DNA of 64,000 nt from Escherichia phage tuntematon. The notes below the pieces were generated by a model that saw nothing but the letters and a program-made list of their open reading frames with translations, did no database searches and was not told the origin of the DNA. The position numbers and the translations under genes were made by a program. How positions within the stretch are numbered: the first letter of the stretch is position 1; the number at the start of each line of letters is the position of its first letter. Positions 8,894-17,034 of the stretch are shown piece after piece. The stretch lies in the sequence record NC_052660.1. One strand, written 5' to 3'.

Positions 8894-9331
8894 ATGAAAA
8901 AACTAGCCCTGATTTTAATTGGTTGTATCTTTTTAACAGCTTGCGAGGATGAAACAAATCCTGCACAATACCAACAACCTCCTCAACAATACGCTCAACA
9001 AGGATCTGACGGAGATACAACTATTATCAACAATGGTGGCGGTTCTAGTAGTAGCGGTGTTGGTGAGTTTGCTACAGGTATGTTGTTAGGGCATATGATG
9101 AGTGGCGGTAGTAATCGTAACAGTGGGGATTATAACGATAACAGAACGATTATTAATAAGCATTATAATACACCTAAACCGAAAACTAATTTTTATGGTA
9201 AGCCTAAACAAGAGATAAAAACTTATGAAAAGCCGAGACAAACTTTTAAAACAAATAGTAGCTATACAACTCGTAAATCTTACAATAGCCCTTTAAGTAA
9301 AAAGAGTTCATCTCGTAGCAAGCGACGTTAA
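8894..9331 (+). CDS. putative lipoprotein
   Basis: MKKLALILIGCIFLTAC has a signal peptide with lipobox (LTAC); Gly/Ser-rich and basic KPK repeats follow; GAGGA RBS. Confidence 0.55.
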   Translation: MKKLALILIGCIFLTACEDETNPAQYQQPPQQYAQQGSDGDTTIINNGGGSSSSGVGEFATGMLLGHMMSGGSNRNSGDYNDNRTIINKHYNTPKPKTNFYGKPKQEIKTYEKPRQTFKTNSSYTTRKSYNSPLSKKSSSRSKRR

Positions 9332-9345
9332 TAAGGAGAAAAACA

Positions 9346-9939
9346 ATGACAATTTCTATTCGTACTTCCATCGTAGGTGTTAAAAGGTTGCCTAATGCTT
9401 TGCAAATCACACGCGCTTTGAGGGATACATTCTCTGCTGTGGACGAGCATAAGATGCTTGATAATCTTTCAAATTGGCCCTATTTCCATTATTTTAAAAA
9501 TGAAGATGACGAGTTTATAGACGCTGTTTCTTATGGTTATGATTTCGGTAAGGAGGTTTCTGCTGAAGAATTTGTAGCTATGGTGTTCCCAAACGGTTTG
9601 CCTACTCGCAGTAAACGTAAAAAAGGACCAAAAAACAAGAAACGTGCTACTAATAAAGCTACCATTTTCTTTACTGATGGCACACAATATACGATTAAAG
9701 ATTTTGAAGAGGTATCTTATACAGCAGGTGGGAATCTTTCTTTCTACACCATCAAAAAACAAAACTCTACGTTCAGCCATGTTTCTAACATGATTGAAAT
9801 GTTAGTAGAAGATATTGAAAGCGTAGCTGTGTTAGGTATGCATAAAAGCTTTTTAATTACAAATATTTCAGATTTCAGTGCAAGTTTATCTGGCCCTGAT
9901 TTTGAAGCCACGACCACACATTTCGCTTTTAAGGTGTAA
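9346..9939 (+). CDS. hypothetical protein
   Basis: 197 aa ORF with AGGAG RBS; no motif recognised. Confidence 0.45.
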   Translation: MTISIRTSIVGVKRLPNALQITRALRDTFSAVDEHKMLDNLSNWPYFHYFKNEDDEFIDAVSYGYDFGKEVSAEEFVAMVFPNGLPTRSKRKKGPKNKKRATNKATIFFTDGTQYTIKDFEEVSYTAGGNLSFYTIKKQNSTFSHVSNMIEMLVEDIESVAVLGMHKSFLITNISDFSASLSGPDFEATTTHFAFKV

Positions 9940-9942
9940 GTT

Positions 9943-10533
9943 ATGCATACCGAGAGAGACTTGCAACTCTTGTGGTGGGAAGTGATGCAGGAAATAAAAG
10001 AAGATTTTCCTGTTTACTACAACATGTTACGTGAAGCAGGATATAAAGCTTGTGTTAGAAACAAAGTGAATAACTCTTTCGGTTGGTGCAACTACCGAGA
10101 TAAAATTGTTGTTGTAAATTGGCACTTGCATAAGAACTCCACAAGAGATATGATCGTGGATACAATGAAGCACGAAATTGCTCATGCTATTGATGGTTGT
10201 ATGGGTAAGTTTAGTAGGCACGGTGCTCATTGGCAAAAACTGGCAGCAGAATTAGGGGCTAATCCTAAAGCCACTTCCAAAGAGCCGTTGAACCACGAAT
10301 ATAAATATGTTCTTGTTCTGGTAGATAGGTTTGCGACAAGATGTGTTAGAGGTTATAATCGTAAACCTAATCGCATGTACCCAGGTAAGCAACCTAATAT
10401 GTGGTTGAAATCAGATAAAGAAGGGACCGAAGGAAAATTATGGTTGTATAAATGGGACGATTGGGTTAAAGTAGCTAAAGAGTACGGTGTTTCACCATAT
10501 ATAAGAGATGCAGAAGAGGAGAATGAAGAATGA
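9943..10533 (+). CDS. SprT-like zinc metallopeptidase-domain protein
   Basis: HEIAHAIDG...HGAHWQKLAAELG matches the SprT-like HExxH...HG..W pattern. Confidence 0.6.
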   Translation: MHTERDLQLLWWEVMQEIKEDFPVYYNMLREAGYKACVRNKVNNSFGWCNYRDKIVVVNWHLHKNSTRDMIVDTMKHEIAHAIDGCMGKFSRHGAHWQKLAAELGANPKATSKEPLNHEYKYVLVLVDRFATRCVRGYNRKPNRMYPGKQPNMWLKSDKEGTEGKLWLYKWDDWVKVAKEYGVSPYIRDAEEENEE

Positions 10534-11642
10534 CAAGTCCATTTTTAAAAGCAGCTACTGGTGGTCAGAAGAAGCCTGAAATGAGCGTATTTGCTGCAAC
10601 AACAGATGCAAGTAAATCTGTATTCGCTCCAAGCGTGTTAGATGCCAGTCCTGTTTATGCACCAGCGGCACCGCAAGAAGTTCCAGTTTTGCCTTCTATG
10701 ACCCGACAAGAGATCGAAGAGATTGGGGCAGAGGCAGGAACAACCTTGCGTTCCTTGAATGCCGAGGTATTAAAACATCAACGTAGTAATCAAGGCGATC
10801 AGATGAGTGAACGACTCACAGCTTTGATTAAACAGGCAAAACAACTTGATCCAAACTCTATTAAACAAAGCAAGGGTATTACTAAACTCATTAAAAAAGT
10901 TATGGGTATGAAAGAAGACCTGTTTGGGGAGTTTGATAATGTTAATAACCGTATTGAAGAGTTGGTAAAGAACCTTCAAATGGATATTCGCAAAGAAGAA
11001 GATTCCTTGGTATATCTTGAAAAGCTACATCAAGCTATTGGACAGTATGCTGCAAGTTTGAACCGAGATATGCAGCTTCTAACAGCAACCTATGAAAAAG
11101 AAGAACAAGCTTTGGCTGCTCTTCCAGAAGATGCAGTAGAACAGCGACAAGTGATCCGAGATACTTTGGATCTTCTGGAGATTCGTATTGCAGATTTAAA
11201 AGCATTGCGCCTACTGTGTGTCCAAATGGGACCGCGTGTACAAGGTATGCAAAAAGTTTCTGCAAGCTTAATGCGATCTGCGCGTAACATAGTAAATAAT
11301 GTTATTCCTGCTTACTCTGCTAACTTCTCAATGTATATCGAGAGCTTACGTCAAATGAAAGCAGCAGAGACGCAGAATAACGTTCTTGATGAATTTAACC
11401 TGGCAATTAAACTGGGTAGCGATCTTGCCACACAGAATCAGATCGAAGCAGCAGCACTGGCTAACCGTCAAGTGTTGGATATTGAAACTCTGCGTCACGA
11501 TCAGGAAAACTTGGTTAAGATGTTGGAAGAAACTAACCGCATCAATACGGAAGCCCGTGCTGCTCGTGTTGATTATATTAATGAAGTTCAATCTCTGGAA
11601 GACGGGATGGTAGCTGCTGTGAAACGAGGGCTTGGTAAATGA
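10530..11642 (+). CDS. coiled-coil protein, possible TelA-like (toxic anion resistance) protein
   Basis: 370 aa, largely helical with a low-complexity N-terminus; size and position between TerC and TerD genes fit TelA, but no diagnostic motif could be confirmed by eye. Confidence 0.3.
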   Translation: MTSPFLKAATGGQKKPEMSVFAATTDASKSVFAPSVLDASPVYAPAAPQEVPVLPSMTRQEIEEIGAEAGTTLRSLNAEVLKHQRSNQGDQMSERLTALIKQAKQLDPNSIKQSKGITKLIKKVMGMKEDLFGEFDNVNNRIEELVKNLQMDIRKEEDSLVYLEKLHQAIGQYAASLNRDMQLLTATYEKEEQALAALPEDAVEQRQVIRDTLDLLEIRIADLKALRLLCVQMGPRVQGMQKVSASLMRSARNIVNNVIPAYSANFSMYIESLRQMKAAETQNNVLDEFNLAIKLGSDLATQNQIEAAALANRQVLDIETLRHDQENLVKMLEETNRINTEARAARVDYINEVQSLEDGMVAAVKRGLGK

Positions 11643-11833
11643 GAATCCGTATCTATATAATTGATGAAGACATTGGTGTCCGTTATGATGACGAAAAACG
11701 ATTCGCACCGATGGGAGGTATATATCCCCCAAGTGTTCTAGCAGTTTGTCGTGATTGTTATATTTATGAAGGTTGTCGTAACTTCCGTAAATTCGAACTC
11801 CTTGCAGATATTGACTTCAATGAGGAGGAGTAA
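11639..11833 (+). CDS. hypothetical small Cys-containing protein
   Basis: 64 aa; start overlaps the upstream stop. Confidence 0.35.
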   Translation: MRIRIYIIDEDIGVRYDDEKRFAPMGGIYPPSVLAVCRDCYIYEGCRNFRKFELLADIDFNEEE

Positions 11834-12006
11834 TGAAAATATTACGAGTGAATATTGAAACTGCTTGGTGTGGATGCAATGAGGTTGTGGATATCGAAAT
11901 TGAAGATGATATGTCTCAAGAGGATATAGAAGATCTTGCACACGAAACCTTTCAGGATTATTGTAATTACGGGTTCCATATTTTAGAGGAGGAAGAAGAT
12001 GTATAA
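11833..12006 (+). CDS. hypothetical small acidic protein (57 aa, absent from ORF track)
   Basis: ATG at 11833 after GGAGGAG; fills an otherwise empty gap; its stop overlaps the start of the next ORF. Confidence 0.3.
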   Translation: MKILRVNIETAWCGCNEVVDIEIEDDMSQEDIEDLAHETFQDYCNYGFHILEEEEDV

Positions 12007-12397
12007 TCCAACAGGTATTCTTTTAAAACTTACAGTAACAGACCCTACTCTTTTCACCAAGTTAGCAAGTGGTGAAGTTTATGAAGTAATGAAAGATGAT
12101 GACGGTTGGTGTTATCTTTGTGGCTACTTCCTCTGTGATGCAGAAGAGTTAGAATCCATTGTAACTAAAGGTTTTTATGAAGAACCAGGGTTCCGTGTGG
12201 AAACTACGCAGAAACCTGATACCATTACGTTGACTCGACAGGAACTGATCACAATCATTGAAGATGCTTTTATTGATGGCTGGAATACACAAGATAATGA
12301 CTGGGGTGGACCCGAAGCTTTTCTGGAACATCATAAAGCTTATGGAGAATTTTGTGAAACCACTGTAGCTCTTGATAATCTGAAGGAGGGTTTGTAA
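11999..12397 (+). CDS. hypothetical protein
   Basis: 132 aa ORF with GGAGGAAG RBS. Confidence 0.45.
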   Translation: MYNPTGILLKLTVTDPTLFTKLASGEVYEVMKDDDGWCYLCGYFLCDAEELESIVTKGFYEEPGFRVETTQKPDTITLTRQELITIIEDAFIDGWNTQDNDWGGPEAFLEHHKAYGEFCETTVALDNLKEGL

Positions 12398-12960
12398 TGG
12401 GTTGTTTTAGTTTTTTGTGCAAAGAATCGGGCAAAGCTGCCCTTTCTACTTCTTTCGACGGATCGCCTTGCTACCTCTTTCTTTTGAAGGACGGTGTTGT
12501 TATTGAAGAGATGTATGGCAACTATGATAGTTATGGTTGTGTTTTCTCTGGAAAGGAGGATGAAAATGGTGTTCGTGAACGATTTGAATGGGCTATGGAT
12601 TGGAGTAAGGTTTGTGATTTGATGCATTCCTCAAATCCAAGGGACGGTATCGCTATGGTGCTGGAAGAGTACTTTACAGGTGAAATCCCTACAGAACAAT
12701 CTGACGGAGATCCTAACCAAGGTTGGGGTGATGGTGAAGAAGATCCAGATTGTTTTTTCAGCACAGAAAAGAATAAGTTTAAACGTGTTGACAACCCTTA
12801 TCACAAAGTGCATAATACTCTCATTGAAACAGAAGATGACAAGATGGAAATTGAAGAAGATGATCCTCTTGTAACACTTCCTATAAGTGAGTTACAAAAG
12901 ATCACTAAGGAAGCTTACGATTTGGGCTTCAAAATTGGTAGAGGAGGTATGCGTGTTTAG
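12397..12960 (+). CDS. hypothetical protein
   Basis: 187 aa ORF; acidic C-terminal half. Confidence 0.45.
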   Translation: MGCFSFLCKESGKAALSTSFDGSPCYLFLLKDGVVIEEMYGNYDSYGCVFSGKEDENGVRERFEWAMDWSKVCDLMHSSNPRDGIAMVLEEYFTGEIPTEQSDGDPNQGWGDGEEDPDCFFSTEKNKFKRVDNPYHKVHNTLIETEDDKMEIEEDDPLVTLPISELQKITKEAYDLGFKIGRGGMRV

Positions 12961-13231
12961 ATTCAATATTCAAGAAGAAAAAAGTCAGGATTTACCTATT
13001 GCTTTCGAAGATCTTGACGTAGGGGCCACATTCATGTATTATGATGCCTATGAAGACGCAGGGTTGGATACCTACCGTAACTTGGTGTTCATTAAAAATT
13101 CCACAAACAGTGCGATCTGTATTAATGGATCACTAGCACAACGAGGCTATACTCATTGCATCCCACCAGATACAAATATGGTGGAAGTAGATTTAGAAGT
13201 TACCAATATTACACTTAAGAAGGAGAAATAA
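12953..13231 (+). CDS. small protein, paralog of 14253-14522
   Basis: GTG at 12953 after GGAGG; shares DLDVGxTF...GLD and a C-terminal LEVTxITLKK with the ORF at 14253. Confidence 0.45.
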   Translation: MFRFNIQEEKSQDLPIAFEDLDVGATFMYYDAYEDAGLDTYRNLVFIKNSTNSAICINGSLAQRGYTHCIPPDTNMVEVDLEVTNITLKKEK

Positions 13232-13232
13232 T

Positions 13233-14027
13233 ATGTCCGAGAAAATCAGCCTGAAAAAACGTCAAGAAAACCTTGCTTTCTCTCTGAAAAAGAATAAGAA
13301 CCTGAATGAAGGTAAGATTGTTCTTCGTGTAGCATGTGCTCTAGATATTTCTGGTAGTATGCATGGTCTATATTCTAGTGGGGTAGTGAGTGATTTTGTA
13401 GGTAAACTGCTTCCTTTTGGTATGCTGTTCGACGATAATCAACAAATTGATATGTGGGCCTTCAATACGAGTTCCCAAGAGCTTACTCCAGCAACAGCAG
13501 ATGTTTACGATGACTATGTTGGTAAATGTATGCGTAATGTTCGTATCGGAGGTGGAACAAATTACGCCCCTGTAATGGCAGATATCTACGATGAGTATTT
13601 TGGCACTGTTACCAAATATATTACCACTAAACAAGTGGTACAAGAGGAGGCTCCAAAGAAAGGCTTCTTTAATCGTCTGCTTGGTAAAACTGAAACAGTA
13701 TCTGTAGAGCGTGAAAAGGTTGTAGCTGTATCTGAACCAGGTGCTGACGTTACCCCTGGTGTTGTATTCTTCCAGACAGACGGTGAGAATGGTGATCCTA
13801 GTGCTGTTCGTCGTCTTATTGAAGAGAATAAGAATAAACCTATTTATTGGTTCATGGTTGGCGTTGGTAATGAGAAGTTTGGCTTCCTGAAAGAACTGGC
13901 AAATGCTTATGATAATGTTGGTTTTATTGGCATTAAAGATTTAGACTTGACAGATTCAGAGCTTTATGACAAACTCTTATCTGAAGAGTTCGGAGAGTGG
14001 GTTGTTAAAGTAGGTGCTAAAAAATGA
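13233..14027 (+). CDS. von Willebrand factor A domain protein (TerF/TerY-like)
   Basis: MIDAS motif VACALDISGSM and FFQTDGENGD; N-terminus MSEKISLKK...FSLKK resembles TerD-family N-termini. Confidence 0.75.
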   Translation: MSEKISLKKRQENLAFSLKKNKNLNEGKIVLRVACALDISGSMHGLYSSGVVSDFVGKLLPFGMLFDDNQQIDMWAFNTSSQELTPATADVYDDYVGKCMRNVRIGGGTNYAPVMADIYDEYFGTVTKYITTKQVVQEEAPKKGFFNRLLGKTETVSVEREKVVAVSEPGADVTPGVVFFQTDGENGDPSAVRRLIEENKNKPIYWFMVGVGNEKFGFLKELANAYDNVGFIGIKDLDLTDSELYDKLLSEEFGEWVVKVGAKK

Positions 14028-14272
14028 TCGACGAGCTTGCCTCTCAAGTCATAGAAAATTATTGGCGCGAGAGAGAAGCTTTCATTATGCGCAGTCTCAA
14101 AGAGTATTTCATTGGGACTGTGCGAATGGAAGATATTGTAAGTAGAGTAGAGATTCATGTATGGCCCGATTATGAAGAATGGGTTGACAAAGAAAATGAA
14201 AATGCTATAATTCTTCGTATATACAAACCGGAGATAACATTAGGAGGAAGAAGTGTTAAACTTCGAAATTGA
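14024..14272 (+). CDS. hypothetical small protein
   Basis: 82 aa ORF; start overlaps the upstream stop. Confidence 0.4.
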   Translation: MIDELASQVIENYWREREAFIMRSLKEYFIGTVRMEDIVSRVEIHVWPDYEEWVDKENENAIILRIYKPEITLGGRSVKLRN

Positions 14273-14522
14273 TGAGCAAAAAGTAAATAAACGATGCCTT
14301 ACCATTAAAGATTTGGATGTAGGAGATACTTTCGTCTATGAAAATGCATTTGACGAAAATGGTTTAGACCTTAGTGAAATCATTGTTTATTTAAAAGTAG
14401 ATGATGGGGAAAATGATTATTCTGCTGTAGAACTAAACCATCATGCACAATTAGTATCAATCCAAAACACATCTAAGCTTTTGGAAGTAGAATTGACTGT
14501 AACTGGTATTACACTTAAATAA
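14253..14522 (+). CDS. small protein, paralog of 12953-13231
   Basis: GTG at 14253 after AGGAGG; same conserved blocks as the ORF at 12953. Confidence 0.45.
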   Translation: MLNFEIDEQKVNKRCLTIKDLDVGDTFVYENAFDENGLDLSEIIVYLKVDDGENDYSAVELNHHAQLVSIQNTSKLLEVELTVTGITLK

Positions 14523-14537
14523 TAGAGGAGACAAAAG

Positions 14538-15140
14538 ATGACTGATAAAATTTCCCTGAAAAAAGGCTCTAGCGAAAAAATTTCCCTGAAGAAGGTTGCT
14601 CCGGCTCTGAAAGAACTGCGCCTGGAATTCTCTTGGAAGTCTGATTCTAAACTGGATCTGGATGTAAGTGCACTGGTTTGTCGTCACAATGCCGCTGGCA
14701 ATCCTGAAATGCTGTCTGCACGTCATCTTGTTTGCTATGCTAACAAGTTTGATCCTGAACGTTCTACCTTCGCTGGTGACGATGTTCGTGATGGCACTGG
14801 CAGCATGGAGCAGATTGATATTACTCTGGCTAAAATCTCTCCTGATGCACAAGAGATTGCCTTTGTTCTGACCATTGATGATGATACAGGTCTGAAACGT
14901 TTTGGTCATGCTTCTGAAGGTATGCTTAAAATCTTCGACTCCGAGCGCAATGTGGAAATTCTGGATTTTGACTTCCTGGCTCCTGAAGTAGCTGGTAACA
15001 CAATCTGCCACGTGGCTTCCTTGGTTCGTGAAGATGGAGAATGGAAGCTGAAAGCATATGGTGTAGGTAAAGCTGGTCTGGATATTTGTGATGTGGTGAT
15101 GGCCTTCGGTGGTAAAAAAGAATGGTATGAATGTCCGTAA
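14538..15140 (+). CDS. terD: TerD-family stress protein
   Basis: 200 aa; N-terminal duplicated KISLKKG..KISLKK and acidic GDDVRDGTGSMEQIDITLAKISPDAQEIAFVLTI segment match the TerD domain. Confidence 0.85.
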   Translation: MTDKISLKKGSSEKISLKKVAPALKELRLEFSWKSDSKLDLDVSALVCRHNAAGNPEMLSARHLVCYANKFDPERSTFAGDDVRDGTGSMEQIDITLAKISPDAQEIAFVLTIDDDTGLKRFGHASEGMLKIFDSERNVEILDFDFLAPEVAGNTICHVASLVREDGEWKLKAYGVGKAGLDICDVVMAFGGKKEWYECP

Positions 15141-15158
15141 TAATTAACAAATGATTTT

Positions 15159-15178
15159 GAGGGGGAGAAATCCCCCTC
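15159..15178 (+). terminator. stem-loop after the TerD-like gene (terminator-like, weak U-tract)
   Basis: GAGGGGGA-gaaa-TCCCCCTC perfect 8-bp hairpin immediately after the stop. Confidence 0.45.
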
Positions 15179-15207
15179 TTGCAATAAAGCCTCTATCGTG
15201 TTATACT
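15179..15207 (+). promoter_or_regulatory. sigma70-like promoter
   Basis: TTGCAA, 17-nt spacer, TATACT, followed by AGGAGG RBS. Confidence 0.5.
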
Positions 15208-15239
15208 AGAAATTCGTTAACTTAAAAAGGAGGCAAAAT

Positions 15240-15761
15240 TTGCTGATAAAAAACTTTGTAACAGTTGCGTTACTATCCTTAACTGCTTTTACATTTACAC
15301 CTGTTGTGGCGAAAGCCGAAGCTGCAAACGTAAAAACCGCTAAAGTAGTTCACAAATGTACAAAGCAATATAATGATAAAATTCTATTAGCTTGTGCAAT
15401 TTACGCAGAAGGTCGCGGTCTGGGTAAAAAAGGAATGAATGCCGTTGGGAATGTGGTAATCAACAGAAGAAATGATACCTACTTCCCTAACACAGTCAGA
15501 GGAGTCTTGTTCCAGAAAGGGCAATTCTCATATGCGAAAACTTTTAACGTAACAGAGAAAGATAAGTGGCAGGAAGCAAAAGCAATAGCGGAGCGTTTAC
15601 TTTATTTAGAGAAACATTTTCCTGAATTGCGGTCTGTTTTAGATGTTACTAAAGGTGCTCTATACTTCAAGAAACGGAATATAAGAACACACTGGGAACG
15701 TGATATGCGTCTTGTTTATCGAGATAAAGTGCATGGTTTCTATCTACCAAAGGGGAGTTAA
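15240..15761 (+). CDS. secreted cell-wall hydrolase (SleB/CwlJ-like Hydrolase_2 family)
   Basis: TTG start after AGGAGG; N-terminal signal peptide; CAIYAEGRG...NVVINRR...FQKGQFSY resembles the SleB-type domain. Confidence 0.5.
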   Translation: MLIKNFVTVALLSLTAFTFTPVVAKAEAANVKTAKVVHKCTKQYNDKILLACAIYAEGRGLGKKGMNAVGNVVINRRNDTYFPNTVRGVLFQKGQFSYAKTFNVTEKDKWQEAKAIAERLLYLEKHFPELRSVLDVTKGALYFKKRNIRTHWERDMRLVYRDKVHGFYLPKGS

Positions 15762-15762
15762 A

Positions 15763-16047
15763 ATGCAAGAAGATAATACTGTTGTTGTAGCAAGTTACCT
15801 GGTTGTCGGTCTTACTGAAGAGGATGTATACTACACCCGTAAGCATTTAGAAGCATACGCTACTTTGTTTATGGAAGATGAAAAGGATGTAGATAAATAT
15901 AGCATTGACATGATCAACGACAGTATTTATCCTTGTATGGTTCTTAAAGTAGATGCTGTGTTGTGGGAGCGTTTTGCAAGGACTCATGATGCTGTAGAAT
16001 GCTCCGCAGTAATGTCTCAAAACAACATTTTAGGGGAGATTCACTGA
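15763..16047 (+). CDS. hypothetical protein
   Basis: ATG at 15763 after AGGGGAG; same frame as track ORF 15700-16047. Confidence 0.4.
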   Translation: MQEDNTVVVASYLVVGLTEEDVYYTRKHLEAYATLFMEDEKDVDKYSIDMINDSIYPCMVLKVDAVLWERFARTHDAVECSAVMSQNNILGEIH

Positions 16048-16277
16048 TGGGAGAAGTCATTGAAGTCAATTTTCGCACTAAACAGAAAGTGCAAAAATAT
16101 GTCGTTATTAAAAACATTTGCGTTGTCTGCTTCAATACAGTAATATACGACTCACGACGCGGAGAAAACGAAAATGAACCTTACATTGAAATTTCTAAGA
16201 ACAAAGGTCAATGTATTTGTAAGAACTGTGCAGTAGCTATTAAGGAGGTTGTAAATGAAAACGCTTGGGACCAATGA
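16047..16277 (+). CDS. hypothetical small protein with CxxC...CxxC (zinc-ribbon-like)
   Basis: ATG at 16047 overlaps the upstream stop (TGATG); two Cys pairs. Confidence 0.4.
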   Translation: MGEVIEVNFRTKQKVQKYVVIKNICVVCFNTVIYDSRRGENENEPYIEISKNKGQCICKNCAVAIKEVVNENAWDQ

Positions 16278-16446
16278 AACTGGCGAGATCTCTCTTCAAG
16301 AAGTGACAAACGACAAACTGATTAAACTACGGGACGTAGCCCGTGACCATCTCCAAGAATCTTTTAAAGAATATATGGAAGCACGAGATCGTGTGATCCA
16401 AATCCAACAAGAAATGATTAAACGTGGGATTGTAGCCGACAGTTAA
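16255..16446 (+). CDS. hypothetical small protein
   Basis: 63 aa ORF overlapping the upstream 3' end. Confidence 0.35.
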   Translation: MKTLGTNETGEISLQEVTNDKLIKLRDVARDHLQESFKEYMEARDRVIQIQQEMIKRGIVADS

Positions 16447-16462
16447 TATAACGGAGGGGAGA

Positions 16463-17026
16463 ATGATTTATTATATTACTCCCTATCTGACAGGAAATAT
16501 CGGCAAGGCTATCAATGAAGCCATTGCCGTTCTTCCAGATGATAGTTGGGTGTGTTTAAGAGATACCGATACAATGTTCCTCCTACCTGATCAACCATCT
16601 ATGCTTGAAGAGCTTGTTATGTCAAACCCGCCTTTTGATGTAATAGGTGCAACTTGTAACAGGTTAGGCAGTGGTTATCAGCTTTTCTCTAACCAAATTA
16701 ACGATGATCCAGATATTCTAAACCATATAGAATATGCTAAGATTGCAAGAGAATATCATAAAGTAAATGTTGAAGAAGTTCCTTTCGGAACACCTCTGGC
16801 AGGTTTCTTTTTGCTTTTTAGAAAATCATTGTGGAATGAAATTCCTTTTGAAGAAAAATCTATCCAATTCGACTTAATTTTCTCTCGCACTTTACATGAA
16901 AAAGGAAAGAGGTTAGGATTGATGCGGGGAATGTATCTGTTTCACATTTACAGATTAGGTCAAACAAATCCTCAACGGTCTATACATCATTTATTACACT
17001 GTCATGATCACAGTAAAACTATTTAG
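16463..17026 (+). CDS. hypothetical protein, possibly GT-A-like glycosyltransferase
   Basis: 187 aa; CLRDTD could be a DxD-type motif; weak. Confidence 0.3.
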   Translation: MIYYITPYLTGNIGKAINEAIAVLPDDSWVCLRDTDTMFLLPDQPSMLEELVMSNPPFDVIGATCNRLGSGYQLFSNQINDDPDILNHIEYAKIAREYHKVNVEEVPFGTPLAGFFLLFRKSLWNEIPFEEKSIQFDLIFSRTLHEKGKRLGLMRGMYLFHIYRLGQTNPQRSIHHLLHCHDHSKTI

Positions 17027-17034
17027 GAGAGAAA

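Noticed and set aside
16143-16170. T7-promoter-like string TAATATACGACTCACGACGCGGAGA
   Set aside because: It lies inside a coding region, differs from the T7 consensus in the critical -4 to +1 TATAG region, has a 2-nt insertion, and no single-subunit RNA polymerase gene is present in the window. All recognisable promoters here are sigma70-like. Likely coincidental.
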